A stretch of 64,000 bases of DNA from Gammaproteobacteria bacterium. GTDB lineage: Bacteria; Pseudomonadota; Gammaproteobacteria; JBCCGL01. The position numbers were made by a program, and so were the translations under genes. The stretch spans positions 992,001 to 1,056,000 of the forward strand of contig OZ255836.1 in the NCBI GenBank assembly GCA_965277715.1. Direction: 5' to 3'. Shown here piece after piece: positions 25,501 through 34,496 of this stretch. The notes beneath the pieces were generated by a model. It saw only the letters and a program-made list of their open reading frames with translations. It had not been told where the DNA came from and made no database searches. Numbering within the stretch: the first letter of the stretch is position 1; each line of letters opens with the position of its first letter.

Positions 25501-25999
25501 CCTCTTCTATATAAACGCGCATTTCCTCGGGCTTGGCTTCAATTAGCCGGGCAATCATACCCTGCTCGATGATCGCGTAACTGCGCGGCCCCAGGCCTGT
25601 GCCCAGAAAAATATCGGTAATATCGCGGCGCCGACAGCGGCTGCCGTTCAGGTAATAGATTGATTGGCCTTCGCGACTGACCTGCCGCCTGACCGAAATT
25701 TCGGCATAACTGGCATACTCGCCACCGACAGAGCCATCACTGTTATCAAACACCAGCTCGACCGACGCCTGCCCGACCGGCTTGCGCGACGTCGAGCCAG
25801 AGAAAATAACATCCTCCATTGAGTCGCCACGCAAATGCTTGGCGGACGATTCGCCCATTACCCAGCGCACCGCATCAATCGTATTGGATTTACCGCACCC
25901 ATTGGGGCCAACCACACCCACCAGATTACTGGGTAGGCTAATAGTTGTGGGGTCGACAAAGGACTTAAACCCCGCAAGTTTGATCTTACTCAAACGCAT
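22502..25999 (-). CDS. smc: Chromosome segregation protein SMC
   Basis: GFKSF, GPNGCGKSN, long coiled coils, LLSGGEK, LDEVDAPLD. Confidence 0.98.
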   Translation of the reverse strand: MRLSKIKLAGFKSFVDPTTISLPSNLVGVVGPNGCGKSNTIDAVRWVMGESSAKHLRGDSMEDVIFSGSTSRKPVGQASVELVFDNSDGSVGGEYASYAEISVRRQVSREGQSIYYLNGSRCRRRDITDIFLGTGLGPRSYAIIEQGMIARLIEAKPEEMRVYIEEAAGISKYKDRRRETENRIRHTRDNLDRLNDVREEVEKQIAHLKRQARTAERFKELKSEERRTKAELLALRRVAHSDALAVREQDLQEKATQLEKCVADQRAAESVIEKQRDAHSGANERFNGVQGTFYKLGADISRSEQTIQHNKETHQRQQLELKQVQQTWNDNNQLIAQDREKIRQLSESIDDDTPTYERLLDEQKDSAEVLAQAERAMTEWQGNWDNYNRRNAEPLQIAQVERSRIEQFERLIQQVSQRAIAQQNALATIDSGDLGAQIALLVDEESSARHAEEQAKVALLEDTQALAGLREKQVICQRSLDRARAQTQTTHGRLASLEALQQASLGEHDGRASEWLAQNGLSNCTRLAQHLNVESGWELAVETVLEGYLEAVCVDQLPTDLAGFSEGQLTFLDTQPGVPSASHSSALLVDKINSTVQLPGLLSSVYAADSYRQALSMRATLGAAESVVSADGIWLGANWLRVNRTQGEDASILAREQAIKALRETLERQQNQVSEQEMDNAQIADQLHAIEQRRDQSQAAVNATHRLLVEAQSKHNALRVKQEQIQQNQARLHQELSDLEEQREQYRSECEVSSERRARALEQVEVLAVEGDTLSALRDTLRSQLERARQQSQQQNERGQQIAIRVESMRTARTATEQNLARVESQLKALETRRDTLLAAQQEGDEPIKAKEAELETLLAERLQVEKRLTETRAVVDAIEADLRLQEQHRTQAEQAAQKVREQLEADRLASQEVRVRIQTLDEQLQETGLEYEALLADLPEEASPAIWNDKLAAVESRIQRLGPINLAAIEEHAEQENRKEYLDKQFADVTEALATLESAIEKIDRETRSRFKETFEKVNGKLQGYFPRLFGGGHANLIMTGNDLLDTGVSVMARPPGKRVSNIHLLSGGEKALTAVALVFAFFELNPAPFCMLDEVDAPLDDANVGRYCELVREMSERVQFIFITHNKNTMELSQHLMGVTMHEPGVSRLVSVDVAEAARLAQA

Positions 26000-26124
26000 T
26001 AAATGCTGTTTCCTGAAAGTAATGGAGGCGAATAGTAACCATGCCCGCCAACGCAGGGCGGAATTCTATCGTGCCACAGGGAAATTGGTATAATTTCTTT
26101 TTGCAACGGTGGATTTTATAACAA

Positions 26125-26901
26125 ATGATTGCGAATTTCTTTGAAGGCGCCCGCTATCTGGGGCGTGGATGGCAATTGATCCAACAACCGGGCCTGCGCC
26201 GTTTTGTCGCAATTCCACTGACGGTCAACGCGCTGATTTTTATTGGCTTGATTATGCTGGGTTACCATTACTACTCGATGCTAATTACCTGGCTAACACC
26301 GGATTTTCTCGAAAGCTGGCAGGAATATTGGCTGATTGGCTGGTTAATTGGTGTTATAAAATTTTTCCTGTGGATAATATTTGGCGCCGCAGTGTTGATA
26401 GTGCTGACCTATACTTTCACCTTACTTGCCAACTTTATCGCCGCCCCTTTCAATAGCTTACTTGCACAAAAAGTTGAACACTATCTCGATGGTACGCTCG
26501 ATCAGTCCAGTGATTCGTTTTCACATATAGTAAAGAGCATCCCCAAAACCCTTGTATCTGAGGGGTGCAAGCTCCTCTACCTCATCATGTGGATGATACC
26601 GCTGCTCATCTTATCGTTTATCCCGGTGCTCAATTTCCTCGCCCCCATTGTGTGGTTTGCCTTTGGCGCCTGGATGCTGACACTGGAGTATTTAGACTAC
26701 CCTATGGGCAACCATGACTATCGCTTTGGCCAGATTAAAACGTTTATGCGTGATCACCGTGGGCTGGCGATGGGCTTTGGTGGCTGCATCACCCTGATGA
26801 CAGCCATCCCGCTGGTCAATCTGATTGCCATGCCGGTGGCGGTAACGGCTGCCACGTTATTGTGGGTGGAGCGGCTTTCACCACAGCCTATAAATCAGTG
26901 A
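26125..26901 (+). CDS. cysZ: Sulfate transporter CysZ (EI24 domain)
   Basis: PGLRRFV-IPL-VN, ANFIAAPFN-LL, Y-DYPM-N, IP-VNL-MP. Confidence 0.9.
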   Translation: MIANFFEGARYLGRGWQLIQQPGLRRFVAIPLTVNALIFIGLIMLGYHYYSMLITWLTPDFLESWQEYWLIGWLIGVIKFFLWIIFGAAVLIVLTYTFTLLANFIAAPFNSLLAQKVEHYLDGTLDQSSDSFSHIVKSIPKTLVSEGCKLLYLIMWMIPLLILSFIPVLNFLAPIVWFAFGAWMLTLEYLDYPMGNHDYRFGQIKTFMRDHRGLAMGFGGCITLMTAIPLVNLIAMPVAVTAATLLWVERLSPQPINQ

Positions 26902-26938
26902 CTCACGAGAAATTCAAGTATCTCAATGGAGAAACGAA

Positions 26939-28138
26939 ATGACGTCAGTTAGCAATATTCTGCAGCGCCCGCTCACGCTCCCCTGTGGTGCAGTGTTAAA
27001 AAACCGCCTTGCCAAATCTGCAATGTCTGATTCGTTGGGCAATGGTGAAGGCGACCCCACCGAAGCACAGATGCGCCTCTACGAACGGTGGGCCGGGGGT
27101 GGCGTCGCTTTGTCATTGATTGGCGAAGTGCAAGGCAATCCTCGTTATCCAGAAAAACCGGGAAACCTTGTACTCGGGCCAAACGCCGACCAGCAAGCGC
27201 TTCGATCACTGGCCTGTCGAGGCAGTATCAACGATACCCACCTGTGGCCCCAACTCGGGCACGCCGGAGCCCTGTCCCACCAGCCAGTCAGCTATCCAAA
27301 AGGACCGTCGCCACTGGATATTGAGGGACTTCGGTGCGACGGTATGACGGCTGAGGAGGTCCAGACCTTACCCGGCATGTATGCCCAGGCCGCGCTCTAT
27401 GCAAAAGAAGCTGGCTTTGGAGGGGTTCAGTTGCACGCCGGGCATGGCTTTCTATTGAGTCAGTTTTTATCCCCGTTGTTTAACCACCGAAATGACGGCT
27501 ACGGTGGTTCTATCGAAGCCCGATCACGCATCGTACTTGAAGTGATTCACTCAATACGGCGTGCGGTTGGTGCGACATTTCCCGTGGGGATCAAGATCAA
27601 TTCAACCGACAAACTGGAGGGGGGCTTAACTGAAGATGACGCGTTAGAGGTCGTGCGGATGCTCGATCACACATCCATCGATTTGATTGATGTCAGTGGT
27701 GGTACTTATTTTCCCGGTGCAAAGTCAAGCGCTGAAGGTTCGTCGAGTGGAAATCCTTACTTTCTCGATTTCGCCCGGCGTGCAAAAGAAGTGACCAATG
27801 TGCCAGTCATGTTGACCGGGGGGTTCGAAAAGCGTGTGCAGGCCGCAGATGCGGTCGATAGTGGTGCCGTTGATGTTGTGGGCCTGGCCCGAGCGATGGC
27901 ACTCAACCCCCGACTTGCCGAAACCTGGTTGAGTGACGACGGTGGCGATCCCGAATTTCCAATATTTGACGCACCGCCGCGTGGAGGAGTAACAGCATGG
28001 TATTCCATGCTGTTGACGGCGTTAGGTGAAAATCGGGAAAGTGAATTCGACCTCGATCCGCAGACTGCCATACAGGTTTATGAAGAGCGCGATGCACAAC
28101 GTTCGATTAAGTGGAATGAAAAATTTGACATTACCTGA
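26939..28138 (+). CDS. NADH:flavin oxidoreductase / Old Yellow Enzyme family
   Basis: LKNRLAKSAM, QLGHAG, AGFGGVQLHAGHGFLLSQFLSP-N-R-DGYGGS. Confidence 0.9.
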   Translation: MTSVSNILQRPLTLPCGAVLKNRLAKSAMSDSLGNGEGDPTEAQMRLYERWAGGGVALSLIGEVQGNPRYPEKPGNLVLGPNADQQALRSLACRGSINDTHLWPQLGHAGALSHQPVSYPKGPSPLDIEGLRCDGMTAEEVQTLPGMYAQAALYAKEAGFGGVQLHAGHGFLLSQFLSPLFNHRNDGYGGSIEARSRIVLEVIHSIRRAVGATFPVGIKINSTDKLEGGLTEDDALEVVRMLDHTSIDLIDVSGGTYFPGAKSSAEGSSSGNPYFLDFARRAKEVTNVPVMLTGGFEKRVQAADAVDSGAVDVVGLARAMALNPRLAETWLSDDGGDPEFPIFDAPPRGGVTAWYSMLLTALGENRESEFDLDPQTAIQVYEERDAQRSIKWNEKFDIT

Positions 28139-28200
28139 GTTTCGTCAAATAGCACTACTGTTATCAGGTATATCCCTATACCTTTCCCTATCAACAGCAA

Positions 28201-29514
28201 TCAGCAATCAAGCGTATGCTGCCGCTCCCAATCACTCAAATACGAAGCATAATCATTCCACTCGGTCATTTTGAGTTTAATAAACGCATCAATCAATGCA
28301 TCCCCCATACGCTCACGCAACACATCACTCCCCTCCAATAAACGCAAGGCATCAAGCAAATTCTTCGGCAATTGCTTATAGCCTTCCACCTTGTCACCCT
28401 CTTCATACATATTAATATCCAATGGCTTACCCGGATCGCGTTTATTCTCGATACCATCCAGACCCACCGCCAACACACTCGCCTGTAATAGGTAAGGGTT
28501 AACAGCACCATCCATCAAACGCAACTCAAAACGCCCATCATCCGGCACGCGGATCATATGCGTGCGATTATTCCCCGCATAGGTAATAGAACTTGGCGAC
28601 CAGGTGGCACCCGACAAGGTGCGCGGTGCGTTAATGCGCTTATAACTGTTCACCGTAGGGTTAAACAGCGCCGTGAGCCGGTCTGCACTGTGCATAACAC
28701 CCCCCAGAAACTGATAGGCCAGTGGCGATAAACCCAAACCGTTTTCAGGGTCATCGCCCAGAAAAAGATTAGTGGTGCCCGCTGCGTCCCAAACGGAAAT
28801 ATGCGCATGACAACCGTTACCAGTCAGATTAGTAAACGGCTTGGGCATAAACGTAGCGCGCAAACCATGCTGCTCGGCGAGGGTTTTGGTCATGTATTTA
28901 AAAAACACGTGGCGGTCGGCAGTTTTCAGCGCATCGTCAAAATCCCAGTTCATTTCGAACTGACCGTTAGCGTCCTCGTGGTCGTTTTGGTACGGCCCCC
29001 ACCCCAATTCAATCATCGCATCGCAGATTTGGCTGATCACCGGGTAGCGGCGCATCAATGCCTGTTGGTCATAGCAGGGCTTGGCTTGAGTATCCGCTGC
29101 GTCAGAAATAGCTGTGCCATCGTCATTGATTAAAAAGTACTCACACTCCACCCCTGTTTTCATCCGGTAGCCCGCATTGCTGGCGCGCTCCAGTTGGCGT
29201 TTCAGGGCGACGCGTGGTGAGGCCTCAACCTCTTTGCCATCCATCCATAAGTCCGATGCCAACCAGCCAATTTCCGGTTGCCAGGGCAGTTGAATCAGGC
29301 TTTCCGGGTCTGGCCGACCAAACATATCCGGGTGCGCCGGGGTCATATCCAGCCAGGCGGCAAAACCGGCAAAACCGGCACCGTCCTCCTGCATACCTTT
29401 AATAGCGCGTGCTGGCACTAATTTGGCTCGCAGGTTACCGAATAAATCGACAAAACTGATTAAAAAATATTTAATGCCGCGCTCTTTCGCGACCTGTGAA
29501 AGATCAATACTCAT
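28201..29514 (-). CDS. gmaS: Type III glutamine synthetase family; probable gamma-glutamylmethylamide synthetase
   Basis: GAGFAGFA, PCYDQ, DHEDANGQFEMN, TFMPKPF, SGATWSP; last gene of the mgsABC operon. Confidence 0.85.
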   Translation of the reverse strand: MSIDLSQVAKERGIKYFLISFVDLFGNLRAKLVPARAIKGMQEDGAGFAGFAAWLDMTPAHPDMFGRPDPESLIQLPWQPEIGWLASDLWMDGKEVEASPRVALKRQLERASNAGYRMKTGVECEYFLINDDGTAISDAADTQAKPCYDQQALMRRYPVISQICDAMIELGWGPYQNDHEDANGQFEMNWDFDDALKTADRHVFFKYMTKTLAEQHGLRATFMPKPFTNLTGNGCHAHISVWDAAGTTNLFLGDDPENGLGLSPLAYQFLGGVMHSADRLTALFNPTVNSYKRINAPRTLSGATWSPSSITYAGNNRTHMIRVPDDGRFELRLMDGAVNPYLLQASVLAVGLDGIENKRDPGKPLDINMYEEGDKVEGYKQLPKNLLDALRLLEGSDVLRERMGDALIDAFIKLKMTEWNDYASYLSDWERQHTLDC

Positions 29515-29553
29515 TTATTTTCCTCCGCTACTATTTACTTTTTAGGTTTAATC

Positions 29554-30873
29554 CTACAAACCGCCACCCGGAACCCAACTGGTACCGGCTAACGGAATCT
29601 TTGCCATCGCCGCCGCTTCAATAGTCAACGCCACCATATCTTCAGGCTCCAGATTGTGCACATGGCTTTTCCCACAGGCGCGTGCCAGTGTCTGCGCCTC
29701 CAATGTTAATACATTGAGGTAATTGGCCAGTCGACGACCACCCTGCTCGGGATCGAGCCGCTTGGATAGCTCAGGATCCTGCGTGCAGATACCGGAGGGA
29801 TCACGACCATCTTGGTAATCGTCCCAAAAACCAGCGGCAGAGCCTAAAGCCTGGTATTCCCGATCAAATTCCGGGCTGTTATCACCCAGTGCAATTAACG
29901 CCGCCGTGCCAATCGCCACCGCATCGGCGCCCATTGCCAGTGCTTTGGCAACATCTGCCCCGCTGCGAATACCCCCGGAGACAATCAGCTGCACTTTGCG
30001 GTGCATATCGAGTGCCTGGAGGGCCTCGACCGCCTGGCGGATAGCGGGCAGCGTCGGGATACCCACGTGTTCTATAAACACGTCCTGAGTCGCGGCGGTG
30101 CCGCCCTGCATACCGTCTAACACCACCACATCGGCGCCCGCCTTGACCGCCAGCGCCACATCGTAACCGGCGCGGGCGCCGCCTACTTTGACATAGATGG
30201 GTTTTTCCCAATTGGTAATTTCGCGCAATTCCTGGATTTTGATTTCCAGATCGTCCGGCCCAGTCCAGTCGGGGTGGCGACAGGCACTGCGCTGATCGAT
30301 ACCTTTGGGCAAGTTGCGCATGTGGGCAACGCGGTCGCTGATTTTTTGGCCCAGCAGCATGCCCCCGCCGCCCGGTTTAGCCCCTTGGCCCACCACCACT
30401 TCGATGGCGTCTGCCCGGCGCAGATCGTCTGGGTTCATGCCGTAGCGCGATGGCAGGTATTGGTACACCAGCTTGTCTGAATGGCCGCGCTCTTCGGCGG
30501 TCATGCCGCCATCACCTGTTGTGGTGCTAGTACCCATAATCGAGGCACCGCGACCCAGTGATTCCTTTGCCTGCGCAGACAAAGCGCCAAAACTCATGCC
30601 CGCGATGGTAATAGGAATTTTTAGTTCGATAGGTTTTTTCGCAAAACGGGTGCCCAATGTCACACGGGTATCACAGGTCTCGCGATAACCTTCTAAGGGA
30701 TAGCGCGACATTGAGGCACCGAGAAACACCAGATCATCAAAGCTGGGCACTTTACGTTTGGCGCCAAAGCCACGAATATCGTAAATACCGGTTTGTGCGG
30801 CGCGTTGAATTTCAGCGATAACATGGCGTGGAAACGTGGCTGATTCGCGCAGATGGGGGAATTCGTTACTCAT
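29554..30873 (-). CDS. mgsC: FMN-binding glutamate synthase-like subunit; N-methylglutamate synthase subunit C (GlxD)
   Basis: MSFGALS, GQGAKPGGGG, ACRHPDWTGPDDL, DGMQGGT; operon context. Confidence 0.85.
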   Translation of the reverse strand: MSNEFPHLRESATFPRHVIAEIQRAAQTGIYDIRGFGAKRKVPSFDDLVFLGASMSRYPLEGYRETCDTRVTLGTRFAKKPIELKIPITIAGMSFGALSAQAKESLGRGASIMGTSTTTGDGGMTAEERGHSDKLVYQYLPSRYGMNPDDLRRADAIEVVVGQGAKPGGGGMLLGQKISDRVAHMRNLPKGIDQRSACRHPDWTGPDDLEIKIQELREITNWEKPIYVKVGGARAGYDVALAVKAGADVVVLDGMQGGTAATQDVFIEHVGIPTLPAIRQAVEALQALDMHRKVQLIVSGGIRSGADVAKALAMGADAVAIGTAALIALGDNSPEFDREYQALGSAAGFWDDYQDGRDPSGICTQDPELSKRLDPEQGGRRLANYLNVLTLEAQTLARACGKSHVHNLEPEDMVALTIEAAAMAKIPLAGTSWVPGGGL

Positions 30874-30883
30874 GGTTATTTAC

Positions 30884-31561
30884 TCAGTAAGCGTCAGCGT
30901 TATCGATGGTGAAGTTGTACAGTTTGCGCGCGGAACCGTAGCGTTTAAACGTGGCGGGGGCTATTTCAGCCATGCCCGCCTGTTTGAGCAGCTCGCCGAG
31001 TTCTGCCAGGTGTTCATCGCCCATGGGTTTTTCGATGCAGTCAGCCCCCAGGCTGGCCACCGAGCCACGCACATAAAGCCGCGCTTCATAGATTGAGTCA
31101 CCCAGCGCATCCCCCGCATCACCGCACACGACCAGGCGACCAGACTGCGCCATAAACGCACTCATATGCCCCACAGAGCCGCCGACAACGATATCAATCC
31201 CTTTCATGGAAATACCGCAGCGCGCCGCTGCATCGCCTTCAATCACCAGGAGGCCACCGTGCGCCGTGGCCGCTGCGTATTGCGAGGCATTGCCCTTGAC
31301 CCACACCCTACCGGACATCATGTTTTCAGCCAGTCCCGAGCCAGCATTGCCATTAACGGTAATCGATGCCTGCTGGTTCATTCCCGCGCAGTAATAGCCC
31401 ACATGGCCATTAACCGTGACCTGTGCCGCCGCTGTCATGCCCACCGCGACCGAATGTTTACCGCCCGCATTGTCCACCTCAAATACAGCACCGGCTTCAA
31501 GCCCTTGCAGTTGTTGATTCAGCCCGCGAATATCATTGTGTTTTAAATCGTAGCCAGCCAT
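30884..31561 (-). CDS. mgsB: GXGXG beta-helix protein; N-methylglutamate synthase subunit B (GlxC)
   Basis: Repeated G-x-G motifs, ENMMSG, RCGISMKG, GDALGDSIYE. Confidence 0.85.
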   Translation of the reverse strand: MAGYDLKHNDIRGLNQQLQGLEAGAVFEVDNAGGKHSVAVGMTAAAQVTVNGHVGYYCAGMNQQASITVNGNAGSGLAENMMSGRVWVKGNASQYAAATAHGGLLVIEGDAAARCGISMKGIDIVVGGSVGHMSAFMAQSGRLVVCGDAGDALGDSIYEARLYVRGSVASLGADCIEKPMGDEHLAELGELLKQAGMAEIAPATFKRYGSARKLYNFTIDNADAY

Positions 31562-31565
31562 GTAT

Positions 31566-32474
31566 TCACCCCTGTGAGGCTGGTCGTTGCCAGCTATAAA
31601 TTTTTGCCGGTTGCGGCTCCCATATCCGGGCGTTTTCTACGCCGGGTAGGGTTGCAATGGCGCGAAATTCAGACGACATCGCCGCCCAATCATCGGTTTC
31701 TGCCATCACCGCCGGTTTGCAGCCAATAGGGTCGCGCAACACAGCAAAACCGTCTTTGGTGCCGATAGCAAAGGTGTAAAACCCATCGAGATCATCGATT
31801 GCATGGTTGAGTGCCGCATCCAGGTCATCACCCTCGCGCATGCGCCAGGCGAGGTAGCCCGCCGCGACTTCACTGTCATTATCGGTGCTGAAACCGATAC
31901 CTTTGCGCTGTAAATCCCGGCGTAGCACATTGTGATTTGACAGAGAGCCATTGTGCACCAGGCAAACATCCTCACCGGTCGAAAACGGGTGGGAGTGCTC
32001 GGTGGTCACCGCGCTTTCCGTGGCCATACGGGTATGCCCCAGCGCGTGTGTACCGCACATCGACTCAACCCCATAGCGGTCAATCACACTGGCGGGCAGG
32101 CCTTTTTCCTTGAAAATTTCAATCGCACGGCCAGCGCTGTTGATATGCAGTTCTGGGTGGTGGGTATTCAACCAGTCACTGACCTCAGCGACTGGTTTTG
32201 GCAACGTCGCCACGGCGTGGTTGACCAACACAGCTATCGAAACCTCGCCAAACGCGGCTTTTAAAGCACCTTCCACTGTCTGCCAGTCATAGTGATCGTC
32301 GGGTGCAAGCAGGGTTATTTTGCACCCATTGAGCGAAGCTTCATCGCGGTACACCGCAATGCCTGCGCTATCTGGGCCGCGCTCTGTCATTTCGACTAAC
32401 ATGGGGGCCATCAATGCGCCCAAGCGGCTTTCCAGCGCAGGGTTTTTAATAAACAGGCCAACAATACCGCACAT
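31566..32474 (-). CDS. mgsA: Class II glutamine amidotransferase; N-methylglutamate synthase subunit A (GlxB)
   Basis: MCGIVG N-terminal nucleophile, RGPDSAG, GHTRMATES, VHNG. Confidence 0.85.
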   Translation of the reverse strand: MCGIVGLFIKNPALESRLGALMAPMLVEMTERGPDSAGIAVYRDEASLNGCKITLLAPDDHYDWQTVEGALKAAFGEVSIAVLVNHAVATLPKPVAEVSDWLNTHHPELHINSAGRAIEIFKEKGLPASVIDRYGVESMCGTHALGHTRMATESAVTTEHSHPFSTGEDVCLVHNGSLSNHNVLRRDLQRKGIGFSTDNDSEVAAGYLAWRMREGDDLDAALNHAIDDLDGFYTFAIGTKDGFAVLRDPIGCKPAVMAETDDWAAMSSEFRAIATLPGVENARIWEPQPAKIYSWQRPASQG

Positions 32475-32614
32475 CAGATACTCCGCTTGTAATGGTAATG
32501 AAACAGGGCGTGGACACTAAACGCGCCCTGGATATTTGTCAATTTGGTATTTGTCACAATACACCTAACATTACCCATTACAACAGAGAGTTACCTGATA
32601 TTGAGCATATCTTG

Positions 32615-32647
32615 AAAGCCCCTCTCCCGAGCTGGGAGAGGGGCTTT
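32615..32647. repeat. Perfect 14-bp stem hairpin (REP-like CCCTCTCCC...GGGAGAGGG) in a divergent promoter region
   Basis: AAAGCCCCTCTCCC-GAGCT-GGGAGAGGGGCTTT. Confidence 0.75.
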
Positions 32648-32764
32648 TGTGCCACCCTCTATTGGAGGATGTCACTGCCGTTCTCCCCCTCAATTGTCAA
32701 TACCTGAAAACAACGCTACAGTGCGGCCTTATTTTATCGCTGACAATGCAGGCTGAACGAACGA

Positions 32765-34108
32765 ATGAATAACAATGACTTACAAAAAGATTTGATAGCG
32801 CAAGAAGTAAAGTATGCACTGGCTTCATACGTCGATATTCACGGTGTATCCAAATCCAAAACGGTGCCTATCGACCATCTAAATCGTATGATGGGTGGTT
32901 CGGAGTTGTGCACAGGCGCCGCACTTGATGGGGTTCCGCAAGCGGTCAGCGACGAAGAGATTTCCCCGCACCCAGACCCTGACAGTGTCGTTGTATGCCC
33001 CTGGCAACCGGATGTCGCTTGGTTTGCCAGCGACCTTTATCTGCACGGCAAGCCGTTTGAGGCCTGTTCAAGAAACATTTTCAAGCGCACCTTGGCCAAG
33101 GCCGATGCAATGGGTTACCGCTTTAACTTTGGGATTGAACCCGAGTTATATCTGTTGCAGGCAGACGGTAGAGGTGGCTATGAGCCGATAGGCACACGCG
33201 ACGTGCTGGCCAAACCCGCTTACGATGTGCGCAGCACGCTCGATAACCTGGATATTCTGGATAAGATTGTCAGCGCACTGAACAGCGTGGGTTACGATGT
33301 CTACTCCTACGACCACGAAGACGGCAACGGCCAATACGAAATCGATTTTATGTACATGGACGGGTTAAAAATGGCCGACCGATTCGTGTTCTTTCGTTTA
33401 TTGGTGCAGGAGATTGCCCATCAAAATGGCCTCTTGGCTTCGTTTATGCCCAAGCCATTCGGTGATCGGGCCGGTAGTGGCGCTCACTACAACATGTCAC
33501 TGGCGGATAAACACACGGGTAATAATCTGTTTGACGCCGAGGATGACGCCCGTGGCTGCGATCTCTCACAATTGGGTTACTATTTTATTGGCGGTATTCT
33601 CAAGCACCTGCCCGCCCTGTGTGCCGTGGTATCGCCGACGGTCAATAGTTATAAACGCCTGATTAAGGAGGGCAGTATGTCCGGGTTTACTTGGGCGCCG
33701 GTATTTGCCTGTTTTGGCAATAATAATCGCACCAATGCAGTGCGTGTACCGTTGGGGGGTGGGCGTGTTGAGTTGCGCGCTGCCGATATTGCCAACAACC
33801 CGTATTTGGGTGGGGCGATGGTATTGGCGGCCGGGCTGGAGGGCATCGAACAAAAAATCGATCCCGGTGCGCCGCATACAGACAACATGTATCTCAAGAG
33901 CCAGCAGGAGTTGGCCGCGCTGGGTATTGAGCGATTGCCCCGCACGCTGGCAGATGCGGTTGATGCATTTGAAAATGACCCACTATCACGGCAGGTGATG
34001 GGTGATTTGATGGCGCAGACGTTTATCGATTTTAAGCGCAATGAGTGGGAGGAGTATATGAACCATGTCTCTGATTGGGAGCGCAGCCGCTACCTGAAGT
34101 TCTACTAG
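32765..34108 (+). CDS. Second type III glutamine synthetase family protein (GlnT-like gamma-glutamyl-amide ligase), substrate unknown
   Basis: GIEPE, DHEDGNGQYEIDF, SFMPKPF, PTVNSYKRL, SGFTWAP, NNRT, RVELR. Confidence 0.85.
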   Translation: MNNNDLQKDLIAQEVKYALASYVDIHGVSKSKTVPIDHLNRMMGGSELCTGAALDGVPQAVSDEEISPHPDPDSVVVCPWQPDVAWFASDLYLHGKPFEACSRNIFKRTLAKADAMGYRFNFGIEPELYLLQADGRGGYEPIGTRDVLAKPAYDVRSTLDNLDILDKIVSALNSVGYDVYSYDHEDGNGQYEIDFMYMDGLKMADRFVFFRLLVQEIAHQNGLLASFMPKPFGDRAGSGAHYNMSLADKHTGNNLFDAEDDARGCDLSQLGYYFIGGILKHLPALCAVVSPTVNSYKRLIKEGSMSGFTWAPVFACFGNNNRTNAVRVPLGGGRVELRAADIANNPYLGGAMVLAAGLEGIEQKIDPGAPHTDNMYLKSQQELAALGIERLPRTLADAVDAFENDPLSRQVMGDLMAQTFIDFKRNEWEEYMNHVSDWERSRYLKFY

Positions 34109-34257
34109 ACCCCTTAATGCATCGATTTACCTTAATAGTGGAAATTGTTTTGTGTGCGTTGCTTAGCTCATTTTTATCAGTTTTTGTATTTATGGGGTTG
34201 TGCCTCTGGCGTATTGCCCGCTCACCAGCACACTCTATTTCTCTTTTATTAATCCAT

Positions 34258-34297
34258 AAAAAAAACCGCAACCACCAAAGGTAGCTGCGGCTTTTTT
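34258..34297 (-). terminator. Rho-independent (probably bidirectional) terminator between converging glnT-like and amt units
   Basis: A-run, then GCCGCAGCTACC-TTT-GGTGGTTGCGGT, then T-run on the minus strand. Confidence 0.8.
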
Positions 34298-34314
34298 ACG
34301 GTCAATGCCGGGTA

Positions 34315-34482
34315 CTAACCGTGTTCTTTTTCAGCCTCGTTCTCGGCTTTATAAGAAACGACCAGCGGTACGATGCACAGTGCACACATCACCCAGAACC
34401 ACAAGTTAGCACCACCACTACCGGCCCAGGTAAAAATGGCTTCTGCACCTTCCCAGCTTTCTATTGGGCTTGAATTAAACAT
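34315..34482 (-). CDS. Unannotated 55-aa single-pass membrane peptide downstream of amt
   Basis: MFNSSPIESWEGAEAIFTWAGSGGANLWFWVMCALCIVPLVVSYKAENEAEKEHG; GGAG RBS, 14 bp after the amt stop, followed by a terminator; below the ORF-track cutoff. Confidence 0.75.
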   Translation of the reverse strand: MFNSSPIESWEGAEAIFTWAGSGGANLWFWVMCALCIVPLVVSYKAENEAEKEHG

Positions 34483-34496
34483 AGTATTTTCTCCGG

